A stretch of DNA of 18,990 nucleotides from Verrucomicrobiota bacterium (lineage in GTDB: Bacteria; Verrucomicrobiota; Verrucomicrobiia; Opitutales; Coraliomargaritaceae): positions 1 through 18,990 of the forward strand of contig JBCBZJ010000040.1 of the NCBI GenBank assembly GCA_039815375.1. The letters are read 5' to 3'. Within the stretch, counting starts at the first letter, position 1, and each line of letters begins with the position of its first letter. The notes beneath the pieces are model-generated. The model searched no databases, had not been told where the DNA came from, and worked only from the letters and a program-made list of their open reading frames with translations. Both the position numbers and the translations under genes were made by a program. Positions 18,569 to 18,990 of this stretch are shown one piece after another.

Positions 18569-18858
18569 GAAATCTAGAAATCACTGGTGGTTTCAACGAA
18601 TCAAAAAATGAGCAAAAATTATTCGTTGGAGAGTATCTTATAGTGTTGAAGAAGTGAAAAGTATCTTAAAAGACTTTTCTATAAACACTATATGCAATTT
18701 CTTTATTTTGACTAGTCTTTCGCAGGAGACGAGGTATTGACGCAAGGCAAGGGGAGACACTAGCATCGGATGTAGTGCTTTTCGTTCAAGATGTGGCCTG
18801 GAAGTTATTGCCGAGACCAATGGCGGCAGCATCTTGACGGGCTGGGCAGAGTGCAAGG

Positions 18859-18990
18859 TCAACTGGCCATTTTCTCCAAGGGACTGATCACGCTTCTGGC
18901 ATCCGACTGAGATGTGAGGTGAAGATACCTTCTGGTCGTTTCCAGACAAGTATGTCCCAGCAGTTCCTGAACCGAACGCACGTTCGCTCC
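18859..18990 (-). CDS. C-terminal end of a tyrosine recombinase, integron-integrase-like (partial, runs off the window)
   Basis: Manual translation GANVRSVQELLGHTCLETTRRYLHLTSQSDARSVISPLEKMAS*: box II LLGH...TT..Y plus V.SPL(D/E) tail. Confidence 0.85.
   Translation of the reverse strand, partial: GANVRSVQELLGHTCLETTRRYLHLTSQSDARSVISPLEKMAS

Noticed and set aside
18638..18949. 103 aa minus-strand ORF
   Set aside because: It overlaps the recombinase C-terminus in another frame and has no motif, so it is likely spurious.

Overview
The left half (~141-9519) is an integron gene-cassette array. It holds 15 complete + strand cassettes separated by 55-106 bp attC sites, mostly encoding small hypothetical membrane, secreted or lipoproteins. 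Three mobile-element junctions coincide with attC sites. (i) The first attC lacks its R'' end and abuts what looks like the non-coding right end of an IS110/IS1111-type element. (ii) An IS1182-family element (3727-5411, ACGT target duplication) sits at the crossover of the seventh complete-cassette attC. (iii) The last attC is fused at its G|TT crossover to an IS3-family element whose left inverted repeat lacks its outer 7 bp. An AT-rich stretch follows with a 5'-truncated ORF and two hypothetical genes, then an att-like region with paired direct repeats and an intact imuA-imuB-dnaE2 mutagenesis operon. The window ends with a small PD-(D/E)XK-like gene and the C-terminus of an IntI-like tyrosine recombinase on the minus strand, which the ORF track missed. 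A Verrucomicrobia (Opitutae-like) host is an inference from protein style only.
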